Shown here piece by piece: positions 1 to 10,080 of a DNA stretch of 32,014 nt (positions are counted from its first letter, which is position 1; the number at the start of each line of letters is the position of its first letter). The notes under the pieces are model-generated. The model made no database searches. It saw nothing but the letters and a program-made list of their open reading frames with translations, and was not told the origin of the DNA. Position numbers and translations under genes: made by a program. This DNA comes from a virus (taxonomy: Duplodnaviria; Caudoviricetes), in the IMG/VR virus record IMGVR_UViG_3300005805_000286, positions 1 through 32,014 of that record, one strand, 5' to 3'.

Positions 1-410
1 ATCTGTTCAAGAATCTGTAGAGCATCATCTTGATTTCTTGAAAGAATTCCTAATTCAAAACGAAGATTGTAAGGCACAGGCATGTACTGAACCTTGACAC
101 TATTGTTGTCGTCTTTCTTTAAATACTTTTGAATGGGTGATGTTTTTCTGGCAGCATCATACGTGATATCAGTCATCTCAAATGAGATACGTGGCATCGT
201 AATATTGACTTTGCGTTCTGTGCTTGGATCTTGATCAAGACGAGCAAGAAATTTACTCTTAGGACCATATGCAAGAGCTACTTTCTCTTGACGAATGACA
301 GCACCTGTTTCTGGATCTTTCTTTTCAATTTGAATATTATTGAAAAGCGTACCAAATGCCTTTACATTTTTTTTAATTATCTCGTGATAATAATGACGAT
401 TGCCTAACAT
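1..410 (-). CDS. gp15: T4-like tail sheath stabilizer / tail terminator gp15, N-terminal part (runs off the left end)
   Basis: Not in the ORF track. Manual translation from ATG at 410: MLGNRHYYHEIIKKNVKAFGTLFNNIQI...LAYGPKSKFLARL...MPRISFEMTDITYDAARK...MPVPYNLRFEL...QDDALQILEQ, which are hallmark gp15 motifs. TAATG overlap with the gp14 stop; gp13-14-15 order. Confidence 0.93.
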   Translation of the reverse strand, partial: MLGNRHYYHEIIKKNVKAFGTLFNNIQIEKKDPETGAVIRQEKVALAYGPKSKFLARLDQDPSTERKVNITMPRISFEMTDITYDAARKTSPIQKYLKKDDNNSVKVQYMPVPYNLRFELGILSRNQDDALQILEQ

Positions 411-1315
411 TAGAATGAACCTCCCATATTTCCATATTCACCAAATGGATTCTTCTCTGTAAAATCAAGAATAGGATCAGCAGTTGTCTCGTAGTGTTTG
501 TTGCTATCGTTATCGTAATTATCGATATCGAAGTCAATTGTGGAGAAATTATCTACTACCCAAGAAGCACCACCATCTTGACCCACCAAAGGTAAATTTG
601 GTTGTAATACACCATTTATATATGTCAATCTTAACTTGCGAGTTGTTGGACTCCAATCAGCAACTGTTGCTTTTGTAATTACAGGAGTACCTCCAACAGG
701 TGTATAGGTTTGTCTTACTTCTTCGCCAATAATATAAGCACCAGTTCCCCCAGTTTTCATGTACACGGGGAATACATGTGCGTCCTGAGTAAGAGTGTCG
801 ATTTCTGAATTACCAGTGTCGAAATAATTATCTGCGTTTTGAATAAGTTCACATGTCATAGAAAAAATATAATTTTTTCCTAACTGATAGAAAGGAACTT
901 CTCTTTCCACATATTTAATTTCATATAAATTTTTAGTCATTGGAACATAAATTAGATCACCTTCATTCGGTACATTGGGAATTCTTGTATCGATTTGAGT
1001 TTCTACATAGTCAATCCAACGTCTTTTAGAAACTGCATAAGTAATTTCATCACTCAAGGTGAGACCAAATTTAGACATTGCAACAGAACTTGATCCACCA
1101 AAACCCTCAACATTAATCAGCATCATTTCTATAAGAACACTATCCTCATACTTTTGAAGAATAACATCATCTATTGTAGAATCAATTAACATTGTTTTTG
1201 GAACATAATAAACATCCTGACCAAACAGTTTAATCTGTTCGTCTACAAGATCTTGTACTAACGTTTGTTCTGATGTTCTTCCCCCATACTGGGGAAAGTA
1301 TTGACTCTTTGCCAT
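410..1315 (-). CDS. gp14: T4-like neck protein gp14 (head completion)
   Basis: Motifs EQTLVQDLVDEQIKLFGQDVYYVP, MSKFGL..DE, PNEGDLIYVP, FYQLGKNY and C-terminal LDFTEKNPFG; lies between gp13 and gp15. Confidence 0.93.
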   Translation of the reverse strand: MAKSQYFPQYGGRTSEQTLVQDLVDEQIKLFGQDVYYVPKTMLIDSTIDDVILQKYEDSVLIEMMLINVEGFGGSSSVAMSKFGLTLSDEITYAVSKRRWIDYVETQIDTRIPNVPNEGDLIYVPMTKNLYEIKYVEREVPFYQLGKNYIFSMTCELIQNADNYFDTGNSEIDTLTQDAHVFPVYMKTGGTGAYIIGEEVRQTYTPVGGTPVITKATVADWSPTTRKLRLTYINGVLQPNLPLVGQDGGASWVVDNFSTIDFDIDNYDNDSNKHYETTADPILDFTEKNPFGEYGNMGGSF

Positions 1316-2127
1316 TATCCGATTGCGTCAAGTGGTGGTAGTTCGTAATCTGTGAGCATCTTAGATTCAATATCTTCCAACTCTCTAAGAGCATCTTCAT
1401 AAATTTGGCGACCATTTAATTGAACACCGCCAGGTAGTTGAACATTATTGAACTTGATTAAGTTTTGTCCCCACTGACGCTTAAAAAGAGCAGTGGTATA
1501 ACGCTTCAACCAGAAGTCATTCCAAATCTTTGTGAGGTTTGTTGGGTCGAGTGCTCGATAACATTCAATAATTAGAATCTTATCTTTTGTGAGCATCTGG
1601 GGATCGTAGTCAATATAAAGACGACCATCTCTCTTAGTGAATCTGAAACGAATCAGAGCACCTGTATTGAGCACCATATCAAGTGTCTCAATATATGACT
1701 TAACCATATAGTAGTTTAGAATATCAATTGAACCAAATGCATACAAATCATTTAAGAAAATTTGATATTCGATACCAAAGAGATCGCCACGAATACTACT
1801 TGAAGTTACTCCAAATACTTTTTCTACTCCAATGATATGATCTGGAAGATCCAAATAGTTACCACGTTCTGTCCATACATCACCTTCCGATGATGGATGA
1901 GAAATATTATTACTTTTAAATCTATCTACTTCTGCTTGCGTCAATGTGTGCTTGAGGTACATTTTATCCATGCCGTCAAAATGACGTTCTTGGAAAAATT
2001 GTAATGCTTCGTCTATTCTATCTTCTAATTGTTGATTATCAACATTGATTTCAAGAACAGGAGCACCAAGTTGACGTAAACAGTAATCTTTTAATTCTGT
2101 TCTTGTCGCTGGTTTTGATGCTGACAT
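1315..2127 (-). CDS. gp13: T4-like neck protein gp13 (head-tail adaptor)
   Basis: Motifs LKDYCLRQLGAPVLEINV, DRIDEALQFF, WLKRYTTALFKRQWGQNL.KF, LPGGVQLNG; TAATG overlap with the gp14 start. Confidence 0.95.
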   Translation of the reverse strand: MSASKPATRTELKDYCLRQLGAPVLEINVDNQQLEDRIDEALQFFQERHFDGMDKMYLKHTLTQAEVDRFKSNNISHPSSEGDVWTERGNYLDLPDHIIGVEKVFGVTSSSIRGDLFGIEYQIFLNDLYAFGSIDILNYYMVKSYIETLDMVLNTGALIRFRFTKRDGRLYIDYDPQMLTKDKILIIECYRALDPTNLTKIWNDFWLKRYTTALFKRQWGQNLIKFNNVQLPGGVQLNGRQIYEDALRELEDIESKMLTDYELPPLDAIG

Positions 2128-2155
2128 TTACCAGTCCATAATAGTTTCCTATTGA

Positions 2156-2163
2156 TATTTATA
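2156..2163 (-). promoter_or_regulatory. T4-type late promoter TATAAATA for gp13-gp14-gp15
   Basis: Exact TATAAATA on the - strand, 28 nt upstream of the gp13 ATG; matches the gp55-dependent late consensus. Confidence 0.85.
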
Positions 2164-2187
2164 AAAAAAGAGGGGGTTGCCCCCCTC
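2163..2187 (-). terminator. Rho-independent terminator after the 2615-aa gene
   Basis: - strand GAGGGGG-GCAA-CCCCCTC (7-bp stem, GNRA loop) followed by T7, 22 nt after the TGA stop. Confidence 0.9.
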
Positions 2188-2209
2188 CAAGAAGTATGTA
2201 GGAAATGAA

Positions 2210-5200
2210 TCAAGCTTGTGATTCAGTCCAGGTGAGACGTGCAGTAACTTGGGTTTGACCGAAGTTAGAAGAAATTGTGGCAGGTGCTGTTGTTACAACT
2301 GCAAGAGTTAGAACATCAGGACCGTTTGGATATACATAGTCACCACCAAGAATGCTATTACCCATTTCAACAAGGTCTTCTAATTGTTGAGCAATAGAAG
2401 CACCAGCAGCAGCACGGAATTCAAAGATGGATACACCACCAGTGATTGTATCCGTTGCTTGACCAGTGTGCTTGATAATTTGACATAACGAAGGAGAACC
2501 GTAGTTAGTGAAGTATGCGGACTGAGATAGGTTACCATTGAGAATCAGACGAATCGAAGTAGCGTCATTTCTTAGAGCAACTTGTGTTCCCGATCCGTTA
2601 ACTTCTCTTGGTTGGCAAACAAGACCGCAAGAATTCATCTTGAGAATCATTCTATTAATAAGGTCTCTTTCGCCAAGAGGTCCAACGAGAGAACTTGCAA
2701 CCGATGGTGCTAGGCGAATCGAAAGAATTGGAACTGCAGTACCAGAAAGTGTTCCAGGAACATTAACGGTATCAGATCCAACAGAACCAGAAGCAACCGT
2801 GAAGAGGTATGCCTTGTCATCCTCAAACTTACCATCCATGATTACCGAAGCACCCCAGTGATAGAGTGATGGAGCATAGGTTGGGTTGTCGCCATTTAGA
2901 ATTTCATAACGAGCAGGTAGGTTACCTGAGCGGAGATACGCTTCATTTTCGTGGTTGTTGTGGATAAATTCGTGAACATAAGTTACGATACCATCCTGAT
3001 CCTTGAATCCGAAGCGAACCTTACCAGCACCATACCAGGAGTAATCCATGTATGCCATTTGCTGACGGTGAATATCTAGCTTGAATCCAGTTACGCCATT
3101 TCCATCACACTTATCAATATTCCATTGTGATTGTGGAACTTTGAGATCTCTAACTTTTGACATAATAATTTTTGATCTTGTCGTTCCTCTATATGATGGT
3201 GAAATATGAATAGAAGTGTCAGAATCAACTGCAGTAACTTTATAAGTCATACCACGAATCGCAACATAATCACCAACTACTAATTGCTTAGTAAATTTAG
3301 TACCAGTTCCTACGATAGCATTGCTCTTAAATACACAAGATATAGTTCCTGCCATTTGAGCAGTAGCGTTTCTTCTTACACAATATAGATTTTGACCATC
3401 GTACTCGAAGAACATACCATTTTGATCATCATACATACCTGCACGAACGGCAGCATCTTGCCACTCATAGAGGAATAGAGCAGGGAATCCAGCAGGATTT
3501 ACATCAGCAGGAATACCATTTGTTGCATAACGGAAAGTAAATTCATCGATAACATTATTAACAGTGAAGAACTGTCCGTTAGATGGTGTGGTGTATGGTG
3601 AAGCAACACCAGATGTTACTTCTACATCCTCGATGATGATTTTATTACCAGCAACAAGTTTATGTGGTTTTCTAGATACTACTGTAGCAAACTGAGTTCC
3701 ATCATGGTTGATGCTAGAAACATCAATTGAAGGACTGAAGTTAATACCAGTAGAATACTGAAGACCCTTACCTGACTGATAACGGAAGTATCTTCTGGTT
3801 TGTCTCACAATATTAACACCAGGAGCTTTAGCAGCAGAAATTTCAACACCACCATCAAATGATCTGTGTAGGTTCAAGCAATCTGGTCTCACGAACATTT
3901 GTGTTTCATAGATGAATGGAATTGCTTGAAGAATACCATCACGGATGTTTGATGCGTTTTGGTTTAGATAGTAGTTTGCTCCAGCGAGAACACCATCTGA
4001 GACAAGAGAACCATTACCGCTAGGTGGACCTTGATAACGAATGTATGAACTTGAGCAATATGTAGCAGCAACTAAGTAATGATTAAATCCTGCTCCAGTG
4101 CTTTGAATATCAATAAACTGCATGGTCAATGCGTTACTTAGTGTAGTTGCCAAACGGATTACATCATCGTTAACTTTAATGACATAATATGTACCACCCT
4201 CAACAATAACACTCGATGCAGATGCTAAAACACTACCAATACCAAAACCAGCAGAGTAGTAAACTTTAACACCAGTGTTTAAACCATGATTAGGAATATA
4301 AATCTCATCTCTTTCAATAGAAACAACTGGAGTTGCTAAATTAGCAACAGTATTAAGAGTTGTTTGTGGATTAAATACAATTTGTCTAGTTGGATATGGA
4401 TCTGTAACAATCATATCAGCATCGTTATTAATCGCAACAACGCCCATTTCAAACACATAACCTTCTAGTTTTTCAAATCTATGTGAAACACCAGTTGCAG
4501 TAAGAGTAGGAATTATTTGATCAACACCACTTCCCGAAGTTGATCCACCAATAAATGCACCAGATGCGGAACTGTGAATAGTGAAGGTACTTGGATCAAT
4601 AACGTTTACATAATATATGGTATTGTGTGTCATAGTACCATATGGTTGTTGCACTCTATTAGCATCATTTACATATTGCGACCAACCACCATTCGTTCCT
4701 TGATGTAATCCACCCGCAGCATCTAATTTATAAATCAATGCATCACCAGTTGATAAACCGTGATTAGTGATTGTAAAGATACCAGTAGTTGCATTAACTG
4801 CACCCGACCCAGAGAAAATTAAAGTTTTAACTGGCATCTGACCAGATAATTTAACTGTATCTCCTCCTCTATATTGAGCTAGGAATTTAGTTGTATATGA
4901 AGGTAATGGTGGAAGAAGCATCCAGTTCAGGTTTGCGTATCCATCAGTATCTCTTACTGGTTGTTGGTTAGTATTTGCAACGAATGTAGTTGATCCAGGA
5001 GGAGTAGCACCAGAAACTGACATGTAGTAACTATTTCTGAATAATACTACATCACCGTACACATAACTATCAGATGCGTTCCAATCACCCTTGAAGGTAG
5101 TACCTCTGAGTGTTGGGTTGGTTACTTTGAACTGGTGAAGTGTGCTAGTACCAACTCCAAGAATATCAACAATATCAGTGTTTGTATAAGCACCAACCCA

Positions 5201-8200
5201 AGTATTGTGTAAAGAGAATTGGTTTGGTTGTGAACCAGTATTGGGAGCACCACCACGAGTAGTTACCGAGTTTACTGAGTTATTGACAAAATACTGTCTT
5301 CCTGAAACAAGACCATTAATTTGTCTTCCGTTACCCCATACCTGATAGATTACTCTATCACCAGTAGTAAAACCATGACCATTCGCTACAAATCTATCAG
5401 AAGCAGCCAGCACAGCAGAAGCAGAAGATCCATTCAGAATGATATCTCTAGCAACAATGGTTGCAAGACCATTACCTAAGGATTCTCCAGTTACTTGTGA
5501 AGTCGTTAAAGTGTGTCCTGAGTTAGTAGTTCCAGTTGTCGAATAATTTTTAATTGCTCTGCCTGCAAGAGCATCTTCTTTAGTGTATGCAAGTTGATAC
5601 ATATCAAGATTTTTACGAATTACATAATATGTTCCAGAAACAAATCGGGTTCCAGCACTTGCACCCGTAGTGGTATTATTTACAGTAACTGAAGAAACTG
5701 TAGAAGAAACCACTTTAAATGTTCCATTATAACCATTATTGGTAGAACCACCAACAGTTACACCAGAAACTGTAATAGTTTGATTTGGAACGATATCAAA
5801 TGGAGAAGTAGGTAGAGTTGCGAAATTGTAAGTTACTTGAGTACCTGTTGAGGTAATACTAGTAATTGATAAATCATATAATGCATTATATCCTTGACGT
5901 GGATGAGTAGTTCCAGATGATCTTCCAATTTCAAAACTATTACCATTTCTAGAATAAACAACTCTAGTTCCAGTAGTTAATCCATGATCCTGATAGTAGA
6001 ATGATCCTGTTGTCAAATCTACATTCTTTGCTGGATCAAAAACAATGGATCTTGCGGGAATATTCGTTCCTGGATTAAATGTAACTTTGTAATCAGATAC
6101 AGAAGAAGCATCATATCCACCATCAATTGTTCCAGTTGATGAAACATTAATTAACTTATGAATTCCAGACGCAGTAGAAGAAAGAGGAACAGAATCATAA
6201 TATTGTACAAACGACCAAGTACCACCAGAACCTGCGTTATTGATATCAATTGGGAATCCAGCAAATGCAGCAGCTTTTGAGTGTGCTATTTGGAAGTTAT
6301 TCGCATCAACTGGAATTGCATAGTAAATTTGAGCACTAGCCGCTTGATTGGTAACACCAATAATTGTATTATCAATTCTGCCACCAGTAGCAAGCCCAGA
6401 AACTTGAAGTGATTCTCCGATTCTTAATCCATGATTAGTTATATTCCATGTATCGGTGCCTGCGTTTGCACCTGTATTGGCAACACTAAAAGATCTAGGA
6501 ATTGCACTATCTCTAACCTGTAATTGGAAACTTCCATTTACTCTATAAAGTGTGACTTCCGCAGGAATTGGTTGAGCAGTTGTTCCGCCATATCCTCTAA
6601 TTACGGTAATTTTATCACCAGATACTGAAACGACAAGCATTCTTTCATTTAGATATGTACCAGTCCATAGGGTGTTTCCTGGTTCAATAGCTCCAGTAAC
6701 AGTAGTATTTAAAGTTAAAACAGTAGCATCAGAATCATGATCGATTGTAGTGAAAAATCCAGTAGATAGAGGAGAAAAATCACTTACATTTCTTACATTA
6801 TATAAATTACCATTTACCAATCCAGGAGCGTTTGGATAAGCACTGCCAACTTCAGAACTACCTGTAGATTCATAACGAACAACATCTGCTTCTACTAATT
6901 TTTGATTTTCTATAGGAAGAAAAATTCTATTTCCATTAGCATTAGCAACAGATGGATTTGCAAACTTCATACGAGTTGTTCCTAATGGACCAGCCGTAGC
7001 ATCAGTTGCTTGAGCTGCAGCAGCCAAAGTTGGGATCAAGTTTTGTGTTGGTTGACCAGTTGGTAATACTGAAGTACTATAAAGTTGAACTTTAAATATA
7101 TCATCAGTAACTGGCACCATATAATAACGAGATGTACTAGTTAAATTAGTGATTGTACCCGTTGGGTGAGTCAAAATCATGTTGACTCTAGGCCAGTTAA
7201 CGCCAGTAATGTCAGTTACATAATCAAACAGAGGTCCAGGAAATCCTGCAGTTGATGGGAAAGTAGCTTGTTCATCACGAGTGCCATTAGTAAAAGAACC
7301 AGAAATACTATAAGTTGTTCTTTGTCCAGCAATGCCACCGTGATTTGGTAAGAAGAAACTATTAGAGAATCTATTTTCAGAAATACGGCAACAGATAAAA
7401 CGACCCGCACCTACAGTTGCGTTACCAGTAAAGTGAACTGGTGAACCAGCTTCAGCAAGAGTAATTGAAAATTCACAAGCAGATGAAATTGGACCACTAT
7501 TTACAAGAGTTCTTGCATAATATTTTTGATAATCCGCATATGTATTTGGAGTTTGTGTAACACCGCCTGGAAGAGTAGATCCAGTTCCATTTTTTAGAAT
7601 AATTTCAGCATCTTCTGTCATATATGCGGGTAAATTTGGATAAGATCCAAGAACACGATCTCGTCCACCACCAGAGCCACCAGCAGATTGTGAGAAGTTA
7701 CCAATAGCAAATCCTGGATGTAGTTGATAAATTCCTCCCGCCCAAGTATTAGCAGTAGAAAAATCAATAACTGTTCCACTCGCTGATCCAGAATAAGGAC
7801 CAGAACCAGTTATAGTTTCTGAATTCCTTAAAGAAATTTCATCTTTGTTGGGTACATCAGCATAATAAATTATTGATTGGTTAGCAGCTTCTACTGGTGG
7901 GGTAGTTCCTCCAGTCCAAGTATTACCACCTCCAACAAATATAATTGGAGTACCTACTGCCAAACCATGATTTTTGATGAAAATTTTATTAGAAGATACA
8001 CACTCACGGGTAAACATTTTACCTGTAATTGAACACCAATCATGAACAGATGCACGAGTATGATTCATCCAAGATGAAGCTCCATCATGCATTTGAGCAC
8101 GAATACCAGAACGGAATACTTTAATACTAGCTCCAGCAGATGTTCCGCCAAATACAACAGGAGTTACTGAAATAGATGGATTGGTTGACGATAATGTGAT

Positions 8201-10057
8201 GGAAGTAGATGATACTGCAGAAACAAAATAATTTGTATTTGCTGTTACACCAGTAAGAGAACCTACATTTGTAAATCTAACTACAGAACCAACACGAGTT
8301 GGAAGATCTCCATCACCAAGATTTGATAATGTATTTACAGTTAAAGTAGCACCAGATGCCCCCGAAATTGTAGGACTAAAAGTATTTTCGTAATTTTTAG
8401 TTCTTAAGATAACATTGGTTGCTGCAGCGTTACCATTCAATGTATATGTTGCTGAAACAGTTTGATTAACAAACTCTCCCCCAGTGCTGCTCGATGGTCC
8501 TTCCATAATGAAAAAGGTGTCAGTTTCTCTCCAATTCTGACTTAGAAAATCGGGTGCTGCGGGAGTCGATTTAACTACATAAACGCCATCTAAACCAGGA
8601 ATATTAGTATCACTCAAAGTAATTTGACGCTCAGGATATACCTGCATCTGCTTGTTAGTTCTTCCATTAAAGGTAACTTTAATTTCAGATTGACCACTTG
8701 CAGTTTGAATTGTGCTAATATTTTGCTGAATTTCATAACCTCTGGAATTAAATAACGAGAAAGTTAAATTACCAGTACCAGCATTATTGAAATCAATTAG
8801 TACATTGCCATTATACGCATTTTGTGGATTGGTAGCTAATTTAATGGTATCAGCGTCAATGACAACCACATACAAAAATGATGATGCAGCGGCGCCAGTA
8901 CCAATATTGTAAATTGGTAGTTGACCAGCAGCAACATTAAATCTTCCTGTTGTTACTGCATTAATTGTGGGATGAGACCCAGTTGATCCGAGATATGTAA
9001 TAGGATCTCCAGTTACCAACCCGTGATTGGGAATAATAATAGTATCGTTTGGTACGGAAATAGCAGTTGCATCAATCACACGAAGTTTTGTACCAGCGTG
9101 GAATGGTTCGTATGGGTTAAAGTTTCCAGTATCCAAAGAATATGAGATTCTATCTTCTACGCTACCACCATTAGTAATTGAACCAGCAGAAAATGGTACT
9201 TTAGAATTTGATAAAGTATTTGTTAAGTAGAAAGGAGAATTGGTTTTGAAACCATGCTTATATGGAGTAGTTACTGTTAAAGTACTGGAGCTTGCGCCAT
9301 TAGTTACAACTGGACCTTCATCTACAGATGTGCTGTTATCAAAAGGAATTTGAGCTTGTACATAAAAACGCCCTGTCGTAACAGTTACATACGCAGTGCT
9401 AATACTTACTGGAACGGATGGTGATCCAGGTTGTACCGATCTGGTTTCGTAAGTAAAAGTAAGATCAGTTGTTTTGCGAACAAGGAATGTGCCCTCAGCA
9501 GTAATACTGTCAAGACCACGAACATCAATAGGAATACCAGTTGTTAGACCATGAGGTGATGTACAAGTTACCGTTACAATTTTAGTGCCGTTAGTGGTAA
9601 CATCTGAAACATTAGAAAGTGGTGTATCTCCTGCAATTGAATAATATCCTGGAATATTATTAACTCTTTCTAGAGTTTCCCATTTTGTTGCTTGTAGACC
9701 ATACTCAAAATCGGTATCGATCAGAGTGTTTGGTTCCGATACACGGAATTTTGATACAGGATCTAGAAGAGTATCAACTGGTTTAATTTCTACGCCATCC
9801 TCTTCGGTGAAGATTTGAAGAACATCACTATCACTCATTCCAGTGGTATCATAATTTAGAGTAACAGTTGTCTTGTCTGTTGATGGGTTATAATTAACAG
9901 ATGTAGCTTTTAGTGCAGGATCACCAACGTTGTAAATAACAGTGTTGGCGGTTGCATTATTGATTAATAGTAATCTTTTGAAGTTGACATTACCATTTAA
10001 TACAATCTGACGGGCAGCTTTGTTAAATGTGTAGTCAAATGCTAATTTTCTTGCCAT
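2210..10057 (-). CDS. Giant (2615 aa) modular virion structural / fibre or receptor-binding protein
   Basis: Long ORF with AAGGAG SD. About 10-12 HG(L/F)xTG(D)...YYV...F/IxL beta-rich repeats, one Trp-aromatic CBM-like repeat (FKGDWNASDSYVYGDVV), and a globular C-terminal domain (RYFRYQSGKG...MDYSWYGAGKVRFGF...NLPARYEI). Located in the structural module. Confidence 0.7.
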   Translation of the reverse strand: MARKLAFDYTFNKAARQIVLNGNVNFKRLLLINNATANTVIYNVGDPALKATSVNYNPSTDKTTVTLNYDTTGMSDSDVLQIFTEEDGVEIKPVDTLLDPVSKFRVSEPNTLIDTDFEYGLQATKWETLERVNNIPGYYSIAGDTPLSNVSDVTTNGTKIVTVTCTSPHGLTTGIPIDVRGLDSITAEGTFLVRKTTDLTFTYETRSVQPGSPSVPVSISTAYVTVTTGRFYVQAQIPFDNSTSVDEGPVVTNGASSSTLTVTTPYKHGFKTNSPFYLTNTLSNSKVPFSAGSITNGGSVEDRISYSLDTGNFNPYEPFHAGTKLRVIDATAISVPNDTIIIPNHGLVTGDPITYLGSTGSHPTINAVTTGRFNVAAGQLPIYNIGTGAAASSFLYVVVIDADTIKLATNPQNAYNGNVLIDFNNAGTGNLTFSLFNSRGYEIQQNISTIQTASGQSEIKVTFNGRTNKQMQVYPERQITLSDTNIPGLDGVYVVKSTPAAPDFLSQNWRETDTFFIMEGPSSSTGGEFVNQTVSATYTLNGNAAATNVILRTKNYENTFSPTISGASGATLTVNTLSNLGDGDLPTRVGSVVRFTNVGSLTGVTANTNYFVSAVSSTSITLSSTNPSISVTPVVFGGTSAGASIKVFRSGIRAQMHDGASSWMNHTRASVHDWCSITGKMFTRECVSSNKIFIKNHGLAVGTPIIFVGGGNTWTGGTTPPVEAANQSIIYYADVPNKDEISLRNSETITGSGPYSGSASGTVIDFSTANTWAGGIYQLHPGFAIGNFSQSAGGSGGGRDRVLGSYPNLPAYMTEDAEIILKNGTGSTLPGGVTQTPNTYADYQKYYARTLVNSGPISSACEFSITLAEAGSPVHFTGNATVGAGRFICCRISENRFSNSFFLPNHGGIAGQRTTYSISGSFTNGTRDEQATFPSTAGFPGPLFDYVTDITGVNWPRVNMILTHPTGTITNLTSTSRYYMVPVTDDIFKVQLYSTSVLPTGQPTQNLIPTLAAAAQATDATAGPLGTTRMKFANPSVANANGNRIFLPIENQKLVEADVVRYESTGSSEVGSAYPNAPGLVNGNLYNVRNVSDFSPLSTGFFTTIDHDSDATVLTLNTTVTGAIEPGNTLWTGTYLNERMLVVSVSGDKITVIRGYGGTTAQPIPAEVTLYRVNGSFQLQVRDSAIPRSFSVANTGANAGTDTWNITNHGLRIGESLQVSGLATGGRIDNTIIGVTNQAASAQIYYAIPVDANNFQIAHSKAAAFAGFPIDINNAGSGGTWSFVQYYDSVPLSSTASGIHKLINVSSTGTIDGGYDASSVSDYKVTFNPGTNIPARSIVFDPAKNVDLTTGSFYYQDHGLTTGTRVVYSRNGNSFEIGRSSGTTHPRQGYNALYDLSITSITSTGTQVTYNFATLPTSPFDIVPNQTITVSGVTVGGSTNNGYNGTFKVVSSTVSSVTVNNTTTGASAGTRFVSGTYYVIRKNLDMYQLAYTKEDALAGRAIKNYSTTGTTNSGHTLTTSQVTGESLGNGLATIVARDIILNGSSASAVLAASDRFVANGHGFTTGDRVIYQVWGNGRQINGLVSGRQYFVNNSVNSVTTRGGAPNTGSQPNQFSLHNTWVGAYTNTDIVDILGVGTSTLHQFKVTNPTLRGTTFKGDWNASDSYVYGDVVLFRNSYYMSVSGATPPGSTTFVANTNQQPVRDTDGYANLNWMLLPPLPSYTTKFLAQYRGGDTVKLSGQMPVKTLIFSGSGAVNATTGIFTITNHGLSTGDALIYKLDAAGGLHQGTNGGWSQYVNDANRVQQPYGTMTHNTIYYVNVIDPSTFTIHSSASGAFIGGSTSGSGVDQIIPTLTATGVSHRFEKLEGYVFEMGVVAINNDADMIVTDPYPTRQIVFNPQTTLNTVANLATPVVSIERDEIYIPNHGLNTGVKVYYSAGFGIGSVLASASSVIVEGGTYYVIKVNDDVIRLATTLSNALTMQFIDIQSTGAGFNHYLVAATYCSSSYIRYQGPPSGNGSLVSDGVLAGANYYLNQNASNIRDGILQAIPFIYETQMFVRPDCLNLHRSFDGGVEISAAKAPGVNIVRQTRRYFRYQSGKGLQYSTGINFSPSIDVSSINHDGTQFATVVSRKPHKLVAGNKIIIEDVEVTSGVASPYTTPSNGQFFTVNNVIDEFTFRYATNGIPADVNPAGFPALFLYEWQDAAVRAGMYDDQNGMFFEYDGQNLYCVRRNATAQMAGTISCVFKSNAIVGTGTKFTKQLVVGDYVAIRGMTYKVTAVDSDTSIHISPSYRGTTRSKIIMSKVRDLKVPQSQWNIDKCDGNGVTGFKLDIHRQQMAYMDYSWYGAGKVRFGFKDQDGIVTYVHEFIHNNHENEAYLRSGNLPARYEILNGDNPTYAPSLYHWGASVIMDGKFEDDKAYLFTVASGSVGSDTVNVPGTLSGTAVPILSIRLAPSVASSLVGPLGERDLINRMILKMNSCGLVCQPREVNGSGTQVALRNDATSIRLILNGNLSQSAYFTNYGSPSLCQIIKHTGQATDTITGGVSIFEFRAAAGASIAQQLEDLVEMGNSILGGDYVYPNGPDVLTLAVVTTAPATISSNFGQTQVTARLTWTESQA

Positions 10058-10080
10058 TTTAGTTTACTTCTCCTTTTAAA

